NCBI GenBank assembly: GCA_001780275.1
Contig: MFGB01000007.1
Span: 66,280 to 130,279, forward strand
Reading direction: 5' to 3'
Length of the DNA: 64,000 nt
DNA from: Candidatus Falkowbacteria bacterium RIFOXYA2_FULL_47_19
GTDB taxonomy: Bacteria; Patescibacteriota; Patescibacteriia; Patescibacteriales; UBA12075
The notes below the pieces were generated by a model. That model saw only the letters and a program-made list of their open reading frames with translations. It did no database searches and had not been told where the DNA came from. Positions 18,750 through 26,200 of this stretch are shown one piece after another; positions within the stretch are counted from its first letter, which is position 1, and every line of letters starts with the position of its first letter. The position numbers were made by a program, and so were the translations under genes.

Positions 18750-19919
18750 TTAAGCATTCTTCATTCGAAATTTCCCATATTCCTCTTCAATAAAGCTCTT
18801 TATCTCCTCCTTGAATCTCTCTTTTGAAAATTTCATGGCATGCTCCCGAATTGCGGCCGGATTATATTTGGCCGCGTCAAACTTTTTAACGGCCCCGATG
18901 ATCGCCGCCGGCGTCTGCTCGTCAAAAAACTCTCCACTTACGCCCTCTTTGATCGTTTCCGTGGCCCCGCTCTTGCGGTAAGCGATGACCGGCCGGCCGG
19001 ACGCCTGCGCTTCTATGACCGTGATGCCGAAATCCTCGTCCTGGGGGTGCACGAAAGCCTGGCAATCCGCGTAAAGCCGGGCCCGTTCCTCGTTGTTCAC
19101 GCGTCCCAAAAATTCAATATTAGCCGCGGTACCCGCGATCTTTTTGAGCCGGAGCATATCCGGCCCGCTACCGTATATTTTTAATTTCAGGCCCAGTTCC
19201 TTAAAGGCCTCGATCACGATATCCACCCTTTTATAAGGGTTCAGGCGGCAACCGGCGAGAAAATATTTGTCCGCCGGCTTTTCCCGGGCGACATAAAATT
19301 TATCAAGCTCCACCGGCGGATAGATCAGCGTGGAATTCTGGCGGTAATATTTTCTTATCCGGTTTTGAACCGTCCTGGAGTTGGCGATATAAGCGTCCAC
19401 CCGGTCCGCCGCCACCCGGTCCCAGACCCGGATATAATTTAAAACCAGGGAGATCAGTTTCTTGAAATATTTATTGTACTTAAGCTCGCTGATATACTGA
19501 TGCGTATAATCCCAAAGATAACGGGTGGGAGTATGGCAATAGCAGACATGGAGCGTGTCCAGGGGCGTGATCACGCCTTTGGCGAAAGAACTGGAGTCGG
19601 AGAGCACCAGATCGTAAGAGCTTAGATCAAAAAATTCCGTGGCCATGGGCATGAATGGCATATACCACTGGTAATGGCTGACGCCGCCCGGAAGCTTCTG
19701 GATTATAGAGGTGTGTATTTTTTTTCCGGCGTAATATTTGGCCGCGTTTTTTTCTTCGTAGAGCAGGGTATAGATCGGCGCTTCCGGAAAAATTTCCGCG
19801 AAAACCCTGAGTACCGCCTCGGCTCCCCCGTCCTGCGCCAGGTGGTCATGCACTAAAGCGACTTTGATTGGCGATTGCCGATTGGCGATTTTCGAATTAT
19901 TGTCTTGATAATTATTCAT
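18750..19919 (-). CDS. Glycosyltransferase family 4 (GT-B)
   Basis: Motifs seen are VALVHDHLAQDGGAEAV and FVHPQDEDFGITVIEAQASGRPVIAY. The N-terminal 18 aa are unusual and include a heptamer array. Confidence 0.85.
   Translation of the reverse strand: MNNYQDNNSKIANRQSPIKVALVHDHLAQDGGAEAVLRVFAEIFPEAPIYTLLYEEKNAAKYYAGKKIHTSIIQKLPGGVSHYQWYMPFMPMATEFFDLSSYDLVLSDSSSFAKGVITPLDTLHVCYCHTPTRYLWDYTHQYISELKYNKYFKKLISLVLNYIRVWDRVAADRVDAYIANSRTVQNRIRKYYRQNSTLIYPPVELDKFYVAREKPADKYFLAGCRLNPYKRVDIVIEAFKELGLKLKIYGSGPDMLRLKKIAGTAANIEFLGRVNNEERARLYADCQAFVHPQDEDFGITVIEAQASGRPVIAYRKSGATETIKEGVSGEFFDEQTPAAIIGAVKKFDAAKYNPAAIREHAMKFSKERFKEEIKSFIEEEYGKFRMKNA
19867..19894 (-). repeat. Heptamer array (CGNNAAT family, 4 units) in the 5' end of the GT4 gene
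   Basis: The plus strand reads attggcg attgccg attggcg attttcg. The minus strand reads cgaaaat cgccaat cggcaat cgccaat. The array encodes aa 9-18 (SKIANRQSPI). Confidence 0.85.
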
Positions 19920-20023
19920 ATCATGATTTTTTATTTAAAAAACAAAAAAAACTAAAAAATAAAAATCCAGCTAACCACTTCGCCACGGCCAACAACGCCG
20001 TGGTTTTTTATTTAAAAAAAGTT

Positions 20024-20051
20024 AAATGTCAATTGTCAAATGTTAATTGTC
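20024..20051. repeat. Heptamer array (AAWTGTY) x4
   Basis: The array reads aaatgtc aattgtc aaatgtt aattgtc. It ends 4 nt from the wbaP-like stop codon at 20056-20058. Confidence 0.85.
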
Positions 20052-20055
20052 GTTA

Positions 20056-21480
20056 TCACGCCGCTTTTCTTCTCCTGATTACCGCCAACGGAGTCCTGAA
20101 TAAAATAGCCAGATCAAAGAGCAGGGACCAGTTCTCGATATAATAGGTGTCAAGCTTTACCTCTTCTTCGAACGAGAGATCGCTCCGGCCCGAGATCTGG
20201 GCCAGGCCGGTTATGCCGGGTTTAATGGTCATAACCTTCTTGTGGCGCGCCTCATATTGCGTTACCTCCCGCGGCTGGTGCGGACGCGGACCGACCAGGC
20301 TCATATTACCCCAAAAAACGTTAAAGAACTGGGGTAATTCGTCTATGCTCCATCGGCGGATAAACCGCCCCAGGCGCGTAACGCGCGGATCATTAACGAT
20401 CTTATAGACCGGTCCTTCTTTGGAATTCTGTTCGCGGATCAATTCCTTTTCATAGTTTTCCGCCGCGCCGCTGGCGTATTCCGCGCCCGTACAGTACTGG
20501 ATGAGCATGGAGCGGAATTTAAGCAGTTTGAATTTTCGGCCTGCCTGGCCGACTCTTTCGTTCATGTATAAGACCGGCCCCCGGGAATCAAGTTTTACCG
20601 CCAGTGCCGCCAAAAGAAACAAGGGACTGGTTACGGTAATAAGGATAACGGCTCCGATAATATCGAAGATCCGCTTGATTATCCGCCCCCAGCCGTCCAG
20701 GGGCGTTTTTTTGACCTCGACGATCGGGATACCCGCTATTTCCGTCACTTCAGTTTTAAGAACTTTGGCGCCTAAAAGATCGGCGGCGTATTTAAAGGTC
20801 AGGTGATATTCATCGGCGAAATCATAAAGCCTTAGGGTTTCCGCCTTGCTTAAATTTGGATCGCTTTGGATAAGCTCGTCCGCCTCTTTCGCTTTAAGGA
20901 ATTCGACCAATTCGTCCCGCGCCGCCAGATCGAAACTTCTCAGCCTTTTCACGACCTCAAAACCGGAGTCGCGGTTAACGGAAAATTCGTGGATCAGATT
21001 TTCCGTGGTTTTGCTGTTCCCCACCAAAACCACCTTATGCACGCCGATACCGCTCCGGAATAAAGCGCGCTGCAGTAGCCTGACCAGGCTGCGGGCGAAA
21101 CTTATATATATGATCGCCAATATCAACCCGGCTAAAACAATAAAACGGGAGTCGAATAACTCCCGTCTGATGAAAATAAGCACAACAACCAGCATAAAAC
21201 CGGTTGAACAGGCCAGGACCACGCGATAAAGCTCTTTTGCGAGCTTTCTGGCGCTCCTGATATTATAAAGTCCCGCCAAAGCGAAAATTATAAGCCACAA
21301 CGCCGCTACGATCGATACCGCCTTGAGATAACCGTAAAAATCCAGATTAAATATGACCGGACGGTATGTCTGGAAAAATTCGGCATAACGTATGTAGTAA
21401 GCCGAGATCCCCGCTAAAATTATCGCGGCGAAATCCAGTGGCACCAGTAAAAACGAAAAAAAGAGTTCTGAACGCTTCAT
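20056..21480 (-). CDS. Polyprenyl-phosphate sugar phosphotransferase (WbaP/bacterial sugar transferase family)
   Basis: The N-terminal hydrophobic spans are followed by the C-terminal motif DELPQFFNVFWGNMSLVGPRPHQPREV..KPGITGLAQISGR. Confidence 0.88.
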   Translation of the reverse strand: MKRSELFFSFLLVPLDFAAIILAGISAYYIRYAEFFQTYRPVIFNLDFYGYLKAVSIVAALWLIIFALAGLYNIRSARKLAKELYRVVLACSTGFMLVVVLIFIRRELFDSRFIVLAGLILAIIYISFARSLVRLLQRALFRSGIGVHKVVLVGNSKTTENLIHEFSVNRDSGFEVVKRLRSFDLAARDELVEFLKAKEADELIQSDPNLSKAETLRLYDFADEYHLTFKYAADLLGAKVLKTEVTEIAGIPIVEVKKTPLDGWGRIIKRIFDIIGAVILITVTSPLFLLAALAVKLDSRGPVLYMNERVGQAGRKFKLLKFRSMLIQYCTGAEYASGAAENYEKELIREQNSKEGPVYKIVNDPRVTRLGRFIRRWSIDELPQFFNVFWGNMSLVGPRPHQPREVTQYEARHKKVMTIKPGITGLAQISGRSDLSFEEEVKLDTYYIENWSLLFDLAILFRTPLAVIRRRKAA

Positions 21481-21527
21481 AACTCATAACTCATAACTCA
21501 TAACTCATAACTTTGCTTTGTTATGAG
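21481..21527 (-). repeat. (AACTCAT) x4 abutting the wbaP-like start codon, plus complementary arm
   Basis: Four exact 7-mers span 21481-21508, directly after the CAT (ATG) at 21478-21480. ctcataa (21504-21510) pairs with ttatgag (21521-27). Confidence 0.85.
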
Positions 21528-21562
21528 TTTTAAGTTACGAGAAAAAAAATTCTAATAATATC

Positions 21563-22003
21563 GGGGCAAGCTATAAGCCGGATTCTGTATCCGCCGAATC
21601 GGCGGACGATGGCCATTTATCTAGGATCGTTGTTACCAACGACCTCATGCGAACCACTTATCTTCACCCCGAATTCTCGGAATGAGTTTGTTCTTGCTCC
21701 AGGCAGGGTTTACCGCGCATTCCGCTCGCGCGGAAGCGAAGCTTGTAGCCTTTTGACTCGAGGACAAAAGACACCAAGCGACTTTTCACTCTTCCCCCGA
21801 GGAAAGCAAAGCTTTCTTTTCGGGGTAGTATGGTCTCTGTGGCACTTTCCCTAAGGTTTCCCTCGGTCGCCGTTAGCGACTGCCGTTTTGAATTTCAGAT
21901 ACGCCGTCTTCGAAAATCGAAAATCGGCAATCGTCAATCCAAAGAGTCCGGACTTTCCTCTCTGCTTAACTAAAGCTAAGAAGAGCGGCCATCCGCTTAC
22001 CAC
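21563..22003 (-). ncRNA. rnpB: RNase P RNA, bacterial type A
   Basis: The minus strand contains GAGAGGAAAGUCCGGAC (P4 5' strand), GUGCCACAGAGACCA, GGUAAACCCUGCCUGGAGCAAGAACAAA, CUAGAUAAAUGGCCAUCG and ACAGAAUCCGGCUUAU (P4 3' strand). P1 forms as GGUAAGC/GCUUGCC. A P8-like hairpin GUCGC-UAAC-GGCGAC is present. The ends are approximate. Confidence 0.88.
21911..21938. repeat. Heptamer array (CGNNAAT family, 4 units) inside rnpB
   Basis: The array reads cgaaaat cgaaaat cggcaat cgtcaat. This is the same unit family as at 19867 and 26454. Confidence 0.85.
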
Positions 22004-22049
22004 GATATTACTAGAATTTAATGTTCTTGATTTATAGCAACTCTAATTT

Positions 22050-22078
22050 ATATTACCAATATTGATACAAAAAGTCAA
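22050..22078 (-). promoter_or_regulatory. Sigma70-like promoter upstream of rnpB
   Basis: The minus strand reads TTGACT (22073-22078), a 17-nt spacer, then TAATAT (22050-22055). Confidence 0.5.
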
Positions 22079-22160
22079 TTAAAATAGATAAAATCAATAA
22101 TGTTTTTATATTTTTTATTGTTTAACATTAGAGAAATTTTAATTTATTCCGTGGTAGCAC

Positions 22161-22189
22161 TTGACAATATAAAAAATATATGCTATATT
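22161..22189 (+). promoter_or_regulatory. Consensus sigma70-like promoter
   Basis: TTGACA (22161-66), a 17-nt spacer, then TATATT (22184-89). The 12-mer ACTTGACAATAT is identical to the one at 43659. Confidence 0.6.
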
Positions 22190-22195
22190 AATAAA

Positions 22196-22335
22196 TTAGC
22201 GGTGGCGATCGGCCGGTCTTCCGGCCGGTTGCCACCGATATATACAAGCACAACCAGTTTTATATAATAATAAAACATTTCCTGTAAAAACAGCTAAAAA
22301 CCACTCTGAACTATAAAGAGTGGTTTTTAGTTTTA
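22196..22335 (+). ncRNA. Candidate small RNA (~135 nt) between a promoter and a terminator
   Basis: A 17-bp GC-rich hairpin (22200-22237, loop tctt) starts a few nt after the predicted TSS. The terminator is ccactct/agagtgg (22301-22323) plus a T-run. There is no credible ORF and no match to a known RNA family by eye. Confidence 0.3.
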
Positions 22336-22342
22336 ACATGTG

Positions 22343-22371
22343 GTAGAGACGCCCCGCCGGGGCGTCTCTAC
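22343..22371. repeat. 29-nt palindromic element, copy 3
   Basis: GTAGAGACGCCCCGCCGGGGCGTCTCTAC, identical to copy 1. Confidence 0.85.
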
Positions 22372-22381
22372 GCTTGTGGAC

Positions 22382-22410
22382 TTGACAAATCAATGAAAAT
22401 TTGTTAAAGT
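22382..22410 (+). promoter_or_regulatory. Sigma70-like promoter of the 22531-24198 operon
   Basis: TTGACA (22382-87), a 17-nt spacer, then TAAAGT (22405-10). Confidence 0.5.
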
Positions 22411-22530
22411 CAAAATAATTTTCGCTCCTTGAAAATCAATTTTTACGGTGTCTGCCTGAATTAGCGGCGCTATGTCCGGGATGGGCCTGGATGTAAAAAA
22501 CCGTTTGACGGCGGATGCAAGGAGAACACA

Positions 22531-23529
22531 ATGGAAGAAGAAATCACAATGGGCCAGGTAAGAGAATTGTTTGAGCAAAGCAAGGAAAAAAACGGCCACC
22601 GGCGAATCAACCGGCAAAATGCGCAGGCTTTTTTGCGCAATCCCGATCGGTTTAATACCGGCAAATTTGAACCTCGGAAACCAGATGTTTATTCTATTAC
22701 GGTTGACTATGATAAGGGTATCGAAAAAATGATAGATGCTGGCTGTTACAGCCATGTATCCATAGATTGCCTCAACCAAGATGACGGTAATTACAATCGT
22801 GTCGTTGAAAATCTCTACGAAACTAATATAACAACGATGAAAGCCGCTGAAAACAAAGCTGGCAAAACCACTATCACCGTTGAACTTATCAACCCGAACA
22901 AGGTGGTGAGTAGTGACGATTTTCTGTGTTACCTAAAAGAAAACGGTCTGCGCCCGGCTTCGCTTCCGGAATTCCTGTCTTTCCTGTCCTCTCACCACGA
23001 ACTTCCCGTGGGTACCTCTGTCATCGCTTGCCTTGATTCTTTTATGCATGAAGATTATAGTAGCGAGGGCGAGGAAGATCGTCTCACCTTCTGCGCGGTC
23101 AGGAGCGGGTGGGATTCAAGAATGCTCAGAGCTGTAGATTATTATGAAAATTGGAGCCAGGATACTAATTTTCTCGCCGTCCGCGAATCGGTCCAAGCAC
23201 CGCAACCGCTTAAAACCTTTCTCCTCTTTGAAGAAATCCATGATCCTACCGTACCCGGCCCTGATCCCAGAAAAATACTGGCCACGATCCAGGCGACAGA
23301 CGAAAAGGCTGCCGCCGCTCATCTCGGGGGTGAATATATAAGATTCCTCGGCCCCCTGGATAATGGACCCAGTATATTATTGCCCAGGAAACTTTTCAAA
23401 CCATGCGGGAAATACAGGACGCGTGATATGATGGAATTTAGACAAGACGGACTTTATATTTGCATAGATGCCAGATGTGCAGAGCACTATATTCGCATAG
23501 AGGAAGTTCCAAATATTATCGCGTCATAA
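22531..23529 (+). CDS. Hypothetical protein: unknown N-terminal domain + C-terminal copy of a ~100-aa domain shared with the next two genes
   Basis: The RBS is AAGGAG. The N-terminal part carries ..ITVDYDKGIEKMIDAGCY..LKENGLRPASLPEFLSF..NFLAVRES. The C-terminal aa ~228-332 carry LKTFLL..DP..GP..ATDEKAAAAHLGGEY..LPRKLFKP..FRQDGLYI. Confidence 0.8.
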   Translation: MEEEITMGQVRELFEQSKEKNGHRRINRQNAQAFLRNPDRFNTGKFEPRKPDVYSITVDYDKGIEKMIDAGCYSHVSIDCLNQDDGNYNRVVENLYETNITTMKAAENKAGKTTITVELINPNKVVSSDDFLCYLKENGLRPASLPEFLSFLSSHHELPVGTSVIACLDSFMHEDYSSEGEEDRLTFCAVRSGWDSRMLRAVDYYENWSQDTNFLAVRESVQAPQPLKTFLLFEEIHDPTVPGPDPRKILATIQATDEKAAAAHLGGEYIRFLGPLDNGPSILLPRKLFKPCGKYRTRDMMEFRQDGLYICIDARCAEHYIRIEEVPNIIAS

Positions 23530-23542
23530 GAAGGAGAAAAAG

Positions 23543-23842
23543 ATGGCTACTCTGCGAACTTTCACTCTTCTGGGGGATGACCCTTTGGGTCCGGCAGAAT
23601 GCGCCCAGGGACGATACTGCGTGCTTGTTGAAGCCGAAAACGAAGAAGCGGTCGCGGAATATTTGGGCGGCCGGTTCTCGAAAAGCTTATCGGCGATTTT
23701 CCTGCCCCAATCCCTTTTTAAACCGTTCCTTCCCGGCATCTTAAAGTTCGAAAAAGATCGCTTTTGCGTTTATCTTAAGAGCGGTCTTTTTGAAAGGGGT
23801 GTCCGGATTCAGATGCCGGAAAAAATCAGGCTTAAGGCTTAA
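23543..23842 (+). CDS. Hypothetical small protein (99 aa), stand-alone copy of the shared domain
   Basis: The RBS is GAAGGAG. Motifs are LRTFTLLGDDPLGP..AENEEAVAEYLGGRF..LPQSLFKP..FEKDRFCV. Confidence 0.75.
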   Translation: MATLRTFTLLGDDPLGPAECAQGRYCVLVEAENEEAVAEYLGGRFSKSLSAIFLPQSLFKPFLPGILKFEKDRFCVYLKSGLFERGVRIQMPEKIRLKA

Positions 23843-23868
23843 CTATAACCCATTTTATCGGAGGAAAT

Positions 23869-24198
23869 ATGAAAAAAGCCGCCAAAACCCTGACCACCTT
23901 CATTCTTTCCGGCCACGATCCGTTCGGGCCGGAGTATGAAGACGGCTGGTCCGGATCCGACTGGGGAAATATGCTTATTGACGCCCATGACGAAGAAAGC
24001 GTGGCTAGATATTTCGGCGGCCGGTATTGTCCTGAAAAACAAGCCATAGAATTGCCCAAAAAGTTATTCAAACGGACGACCCATAACGGCCGGAGATGCA
24101 AAAAATTCACGAAAGACGGTCTCGTTGTCTTTTTAAGCGACGATAACGACCGGTTTCGTTCGATCCGAAAAGCGGAAAAGCTTATAGTCAAAGATTAA
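23869..24198 (+). CDS. Hypothetical small protein (109 aa), stand-alone copy of the shared domain
   Basis: The RBS is GGAGG. Motifs are LTTFILSGHDPFGP..AHDEESVARYFGGRY..LPKKLFKR..FTKDGLVV. Confidence 0.75.
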   Translation: MKKAAKTLTTFILSGHDPFGPEYEDGWSGSDWGNMLIDAHDEESVARYFGGRYCPEKQAIELPKKLFKRTTHNGRRCKKFTKDGLVVFLSDDNDRFRSIRKAEKLIVKD

Positions 24199-24203
24199 AA
24201 CAC

Positions 24204-24232
24204 AACGGCTGAAAAATCAGCCGTTTTTTATT
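24204..24232 (+). terminator. Rho-independent terminator of the 3-gene operon
   Basis: Stem aacggctg / cagccgtt, followed by TTTTATTTT. Confidence 0.8.
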
Positions 24233-24307
24233 TTGTCATTCTGGAGCGAAGCCGCGGCGAAGCGATAGAACCCCTTTTGACTGATCGAATAATTTAAAAC
24301 CGTAGCG

Positions 24308-24328
24308 CAATTTCTAATTTCCAATTTC
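24308..24328. repeat. Heptamer array (YAATTTC) x3
   Basis: The array reads caatttc taatttc caatttc. It lies in the gap downstream of the GT2 gene. Confidence 0.7.
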
Positions 24329-24374
24329 GCGCGAGCGCAGCAAGAGTTTAATATCACGAGCCCGCAGGCGAGTT

Positions 24375-25196
24375 TTAACTATGCTTCCTTCTCAGGTAAT
24401 CAACAACCCCTAAAGTCGATCGATTCCCCTTCTCCGGCGGGAACCAAGTCTGGCCTTCTAATAGCGGATGCCCTTCGTGCTTATAAAAGATCTTTTTCTC
24501 TTCCCGTTCCCACATAGCGAAAACCTTATCCGCGCTCCGCATATCTATCTTCTGCTCATAGTCCAATAAAGCCCTGTTCAAATACAAAAACCCCCTCGGG
24601 AACTTCTTGCTTATCCGAAGCGTCAGCTCCCAGTCTTCCCAGAATTTAATATTCTCGTCCCAGCCCCCCAGTTTCATTATCTCTTTGCGCTTATGGCACA
24701 TCGAGCTGGTGTCTATCATTATCCGCCGGTGCCATAAGCGCTTCAAATCGAAATACCGGTCCGCGTTGGTGTATTCATCCCGCACTCTTTTTTCCTCCCC
24801 GTTCTCATCCACCAGGGTCAGACGATAATTTTTCTTGCAGAATACCAGCACGCGGGCCTTATCGCCCGCGAATGCCTTATTCATTAGCTCAAGGAATTCC
24901 GGATACCAGGCGTTATCGGAGTCGAGATAAGCGACAAGCTCTCCCTGCGCTTTCTTAAGGCCGTAATTACGGACCGCGGCCGGTCCGACGTTTTTCTTTA
25001 ATTTATAATAACGGATCCGCGGATCAGTAAACCGCTTTACAAGTTCTTCCGTGGCGTCTTTGGACGCGTCATCGACGATGATCAATTCAAAAAACGGATA
25101 AGTCTGCGCCAAAACAGACTGGATCGCCAGCCATAAAATATAGGCGCGGTCATGCGTCGCCGTTATCACAGAAAATTTAGGCTTAAAGTTTTTCAT
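24375..25196 (-). CDS. Glycosyltransferase family 2
   Basis: The motif is FSVITATHDRAYILWLAIQSVLAQTYPFFELIIVDDASKD. The start was moved to the ATG at 25196, because the track ORF's first 41 codons are AT-rich non-coding-like sequence. Confidence 0.85.
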   Translation of the reverse strand: MKNFKPKFSVITATHDRAYILWLAIQSVLAQTYPFFELIIVDDASKDATEELVKRFTDPRIRYYKLKKNVGPAAVRNYGLKKAQGELVAYLDSDNAWYPEFLELMNKAFAGDKARVLVFCKKNYRLTLVDENGEEKRVRDEYTNADRYFDLKRLWHRRIMIDTSSMCHKRKEIMKLGGWDENIKFWEDWELTLRISKKFPRGFLYLNRALLDYEQKIDMRSADKVFAMWEREEKKIFYKHEGHPLLEGQTWFPPEKGNRSTLGVVDYLRRKHS

Positions 25197-25363
25197 AATA
25201 TTAAGATTTATATTATAATAATAGTTTAAATAAAAATATCTTTTTAAGCAAACCGCGAAACAAACTGTCCGCGTTTCGTTTTTTTTCGTCAGTTTCCGAA
25301 TTCGGAAATGCGAAAGCAACGAATATTCACAAAATTTAACGAAAAAAATTCTTAGGAAAAAAT

Positions 25364-25389
25364 CAAAACCGCCTTAAACGGCGGTTTTT
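25364..25389 (-). terminator. Rho-independent terminator after the protease gene
   Basis: Stem accgcc / ggcggt is flanked by an A-run and a T-run. Confidence 0.7.
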
Positions 25390-26142
25390 CTATGAACATT
25401 TTTGAATATAGGCCGAGACATATTCCCATATCAGGGGTATGGCGTCGCTTAATCTTGCGCAGGTAGCGTATTTTTTGTCGCTACAAAGATTATACGAATT
25501 TAAAATCCCGACCAAAGCCCCCTTGGTCGTGACAATAATTCCGCCGGAGTCTCCCGCCTCCGCGTCAAGCGTCAACGGATAATGGTCGTAATGCTGGCAA
25601 GGCTGGGTGCGGTAACGGCACGATATCTTATTTTCCCGGACAAAGTATTCCGGTATTTGCAGGCCGTAATGCAGATCCACCAGCCGGTGCCACAAAACCC
25701 CGTTTTTCCGAGTCAAACCGCCGTCCCGGCGGCCGAGATAAATTATCGACCGCGGGTTGTCGCCGCCCGTCTCCGGACAAGCGAAATAAAACTTGAAGCA
25801 ATGATAAGCGCTCCCTTCCGGCAAAAATAATTTGCATAAAGCGATATCGCGAAGCGGGTCAAGGGCGCATATCTGGAAACCGGAAAATATCCGGCCGTCG
25901 GCCAATCTTGTTTTTAAGATACCCGAAGAAAAATAAACGCAGTGGGCGCTGGTCAAAAAATAACCGTCCTGGGTTAAAAGCAGGCCGCTGCCCAGATGGC
26001 TACCGCCGGCATAAAGTATTTCTATGATCGCATTGGCGATATAAGCCTCCGAAAACTCGGCAGTGGACCTCTGAAAACATCCGAAGTTGTTCAAAAAACC
26101 GGAGAGCGACTGAGGCGAACCCGATGGCTGATCGGCGGACAT
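25390..26142 (-). CDS. Trypsin-like (S1 family) serine protease, no signal peptide
   Basis: The catalytic triad motifs are FLTSAHC (His), RDIALCKL (Asp) and GDSGG (Ser). The N-terminus MSADQPSGSPQSLSGF is not hydrophobic. Confidence 0.72.
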   Translation of the reverse strand: MSADQPSGSPQSLSGFLNNFGCFQRSTAEFSEAYIANAIIEILYAGGSHLGSGLLLTQDGYFLTSAHCVYFSSGILKTRLADGRIFSGFQICALDPLRDIALCKLFLPEGSAYHCFKFYFACPETGGDNPRSIIYLGRRDGGLTRKNGVLWHRLVDLHYGLQIPEYFVRENKISCRYRTQPCQHYDHYPLTLDAEAGDSGGIIVTTKGALVGILNSYNLCSDKKYATCARLSDAIPLIWEYVSAYIQKCS

Positions 26143-26200
26143 TATTCCCTCCTAATAATATTTTAAAGTTCAATTATTTTTATCTTTTAAAAGACGAAAA

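Noticed and set aside
21609-21854. 81-aa plus-strand ORF
   Set aside because: It lies wholly inside the RNase P RNA gene on the opposite strand.
22196-22779. Minus-strand ORFs 22196..22393 and 22390..22779
   Set aside because: They run through the hairpin/terminator/palindrome region, the promoter and the 5' end of the well-supported plus-strand gene. They have no RBS and nonsense-like composition.
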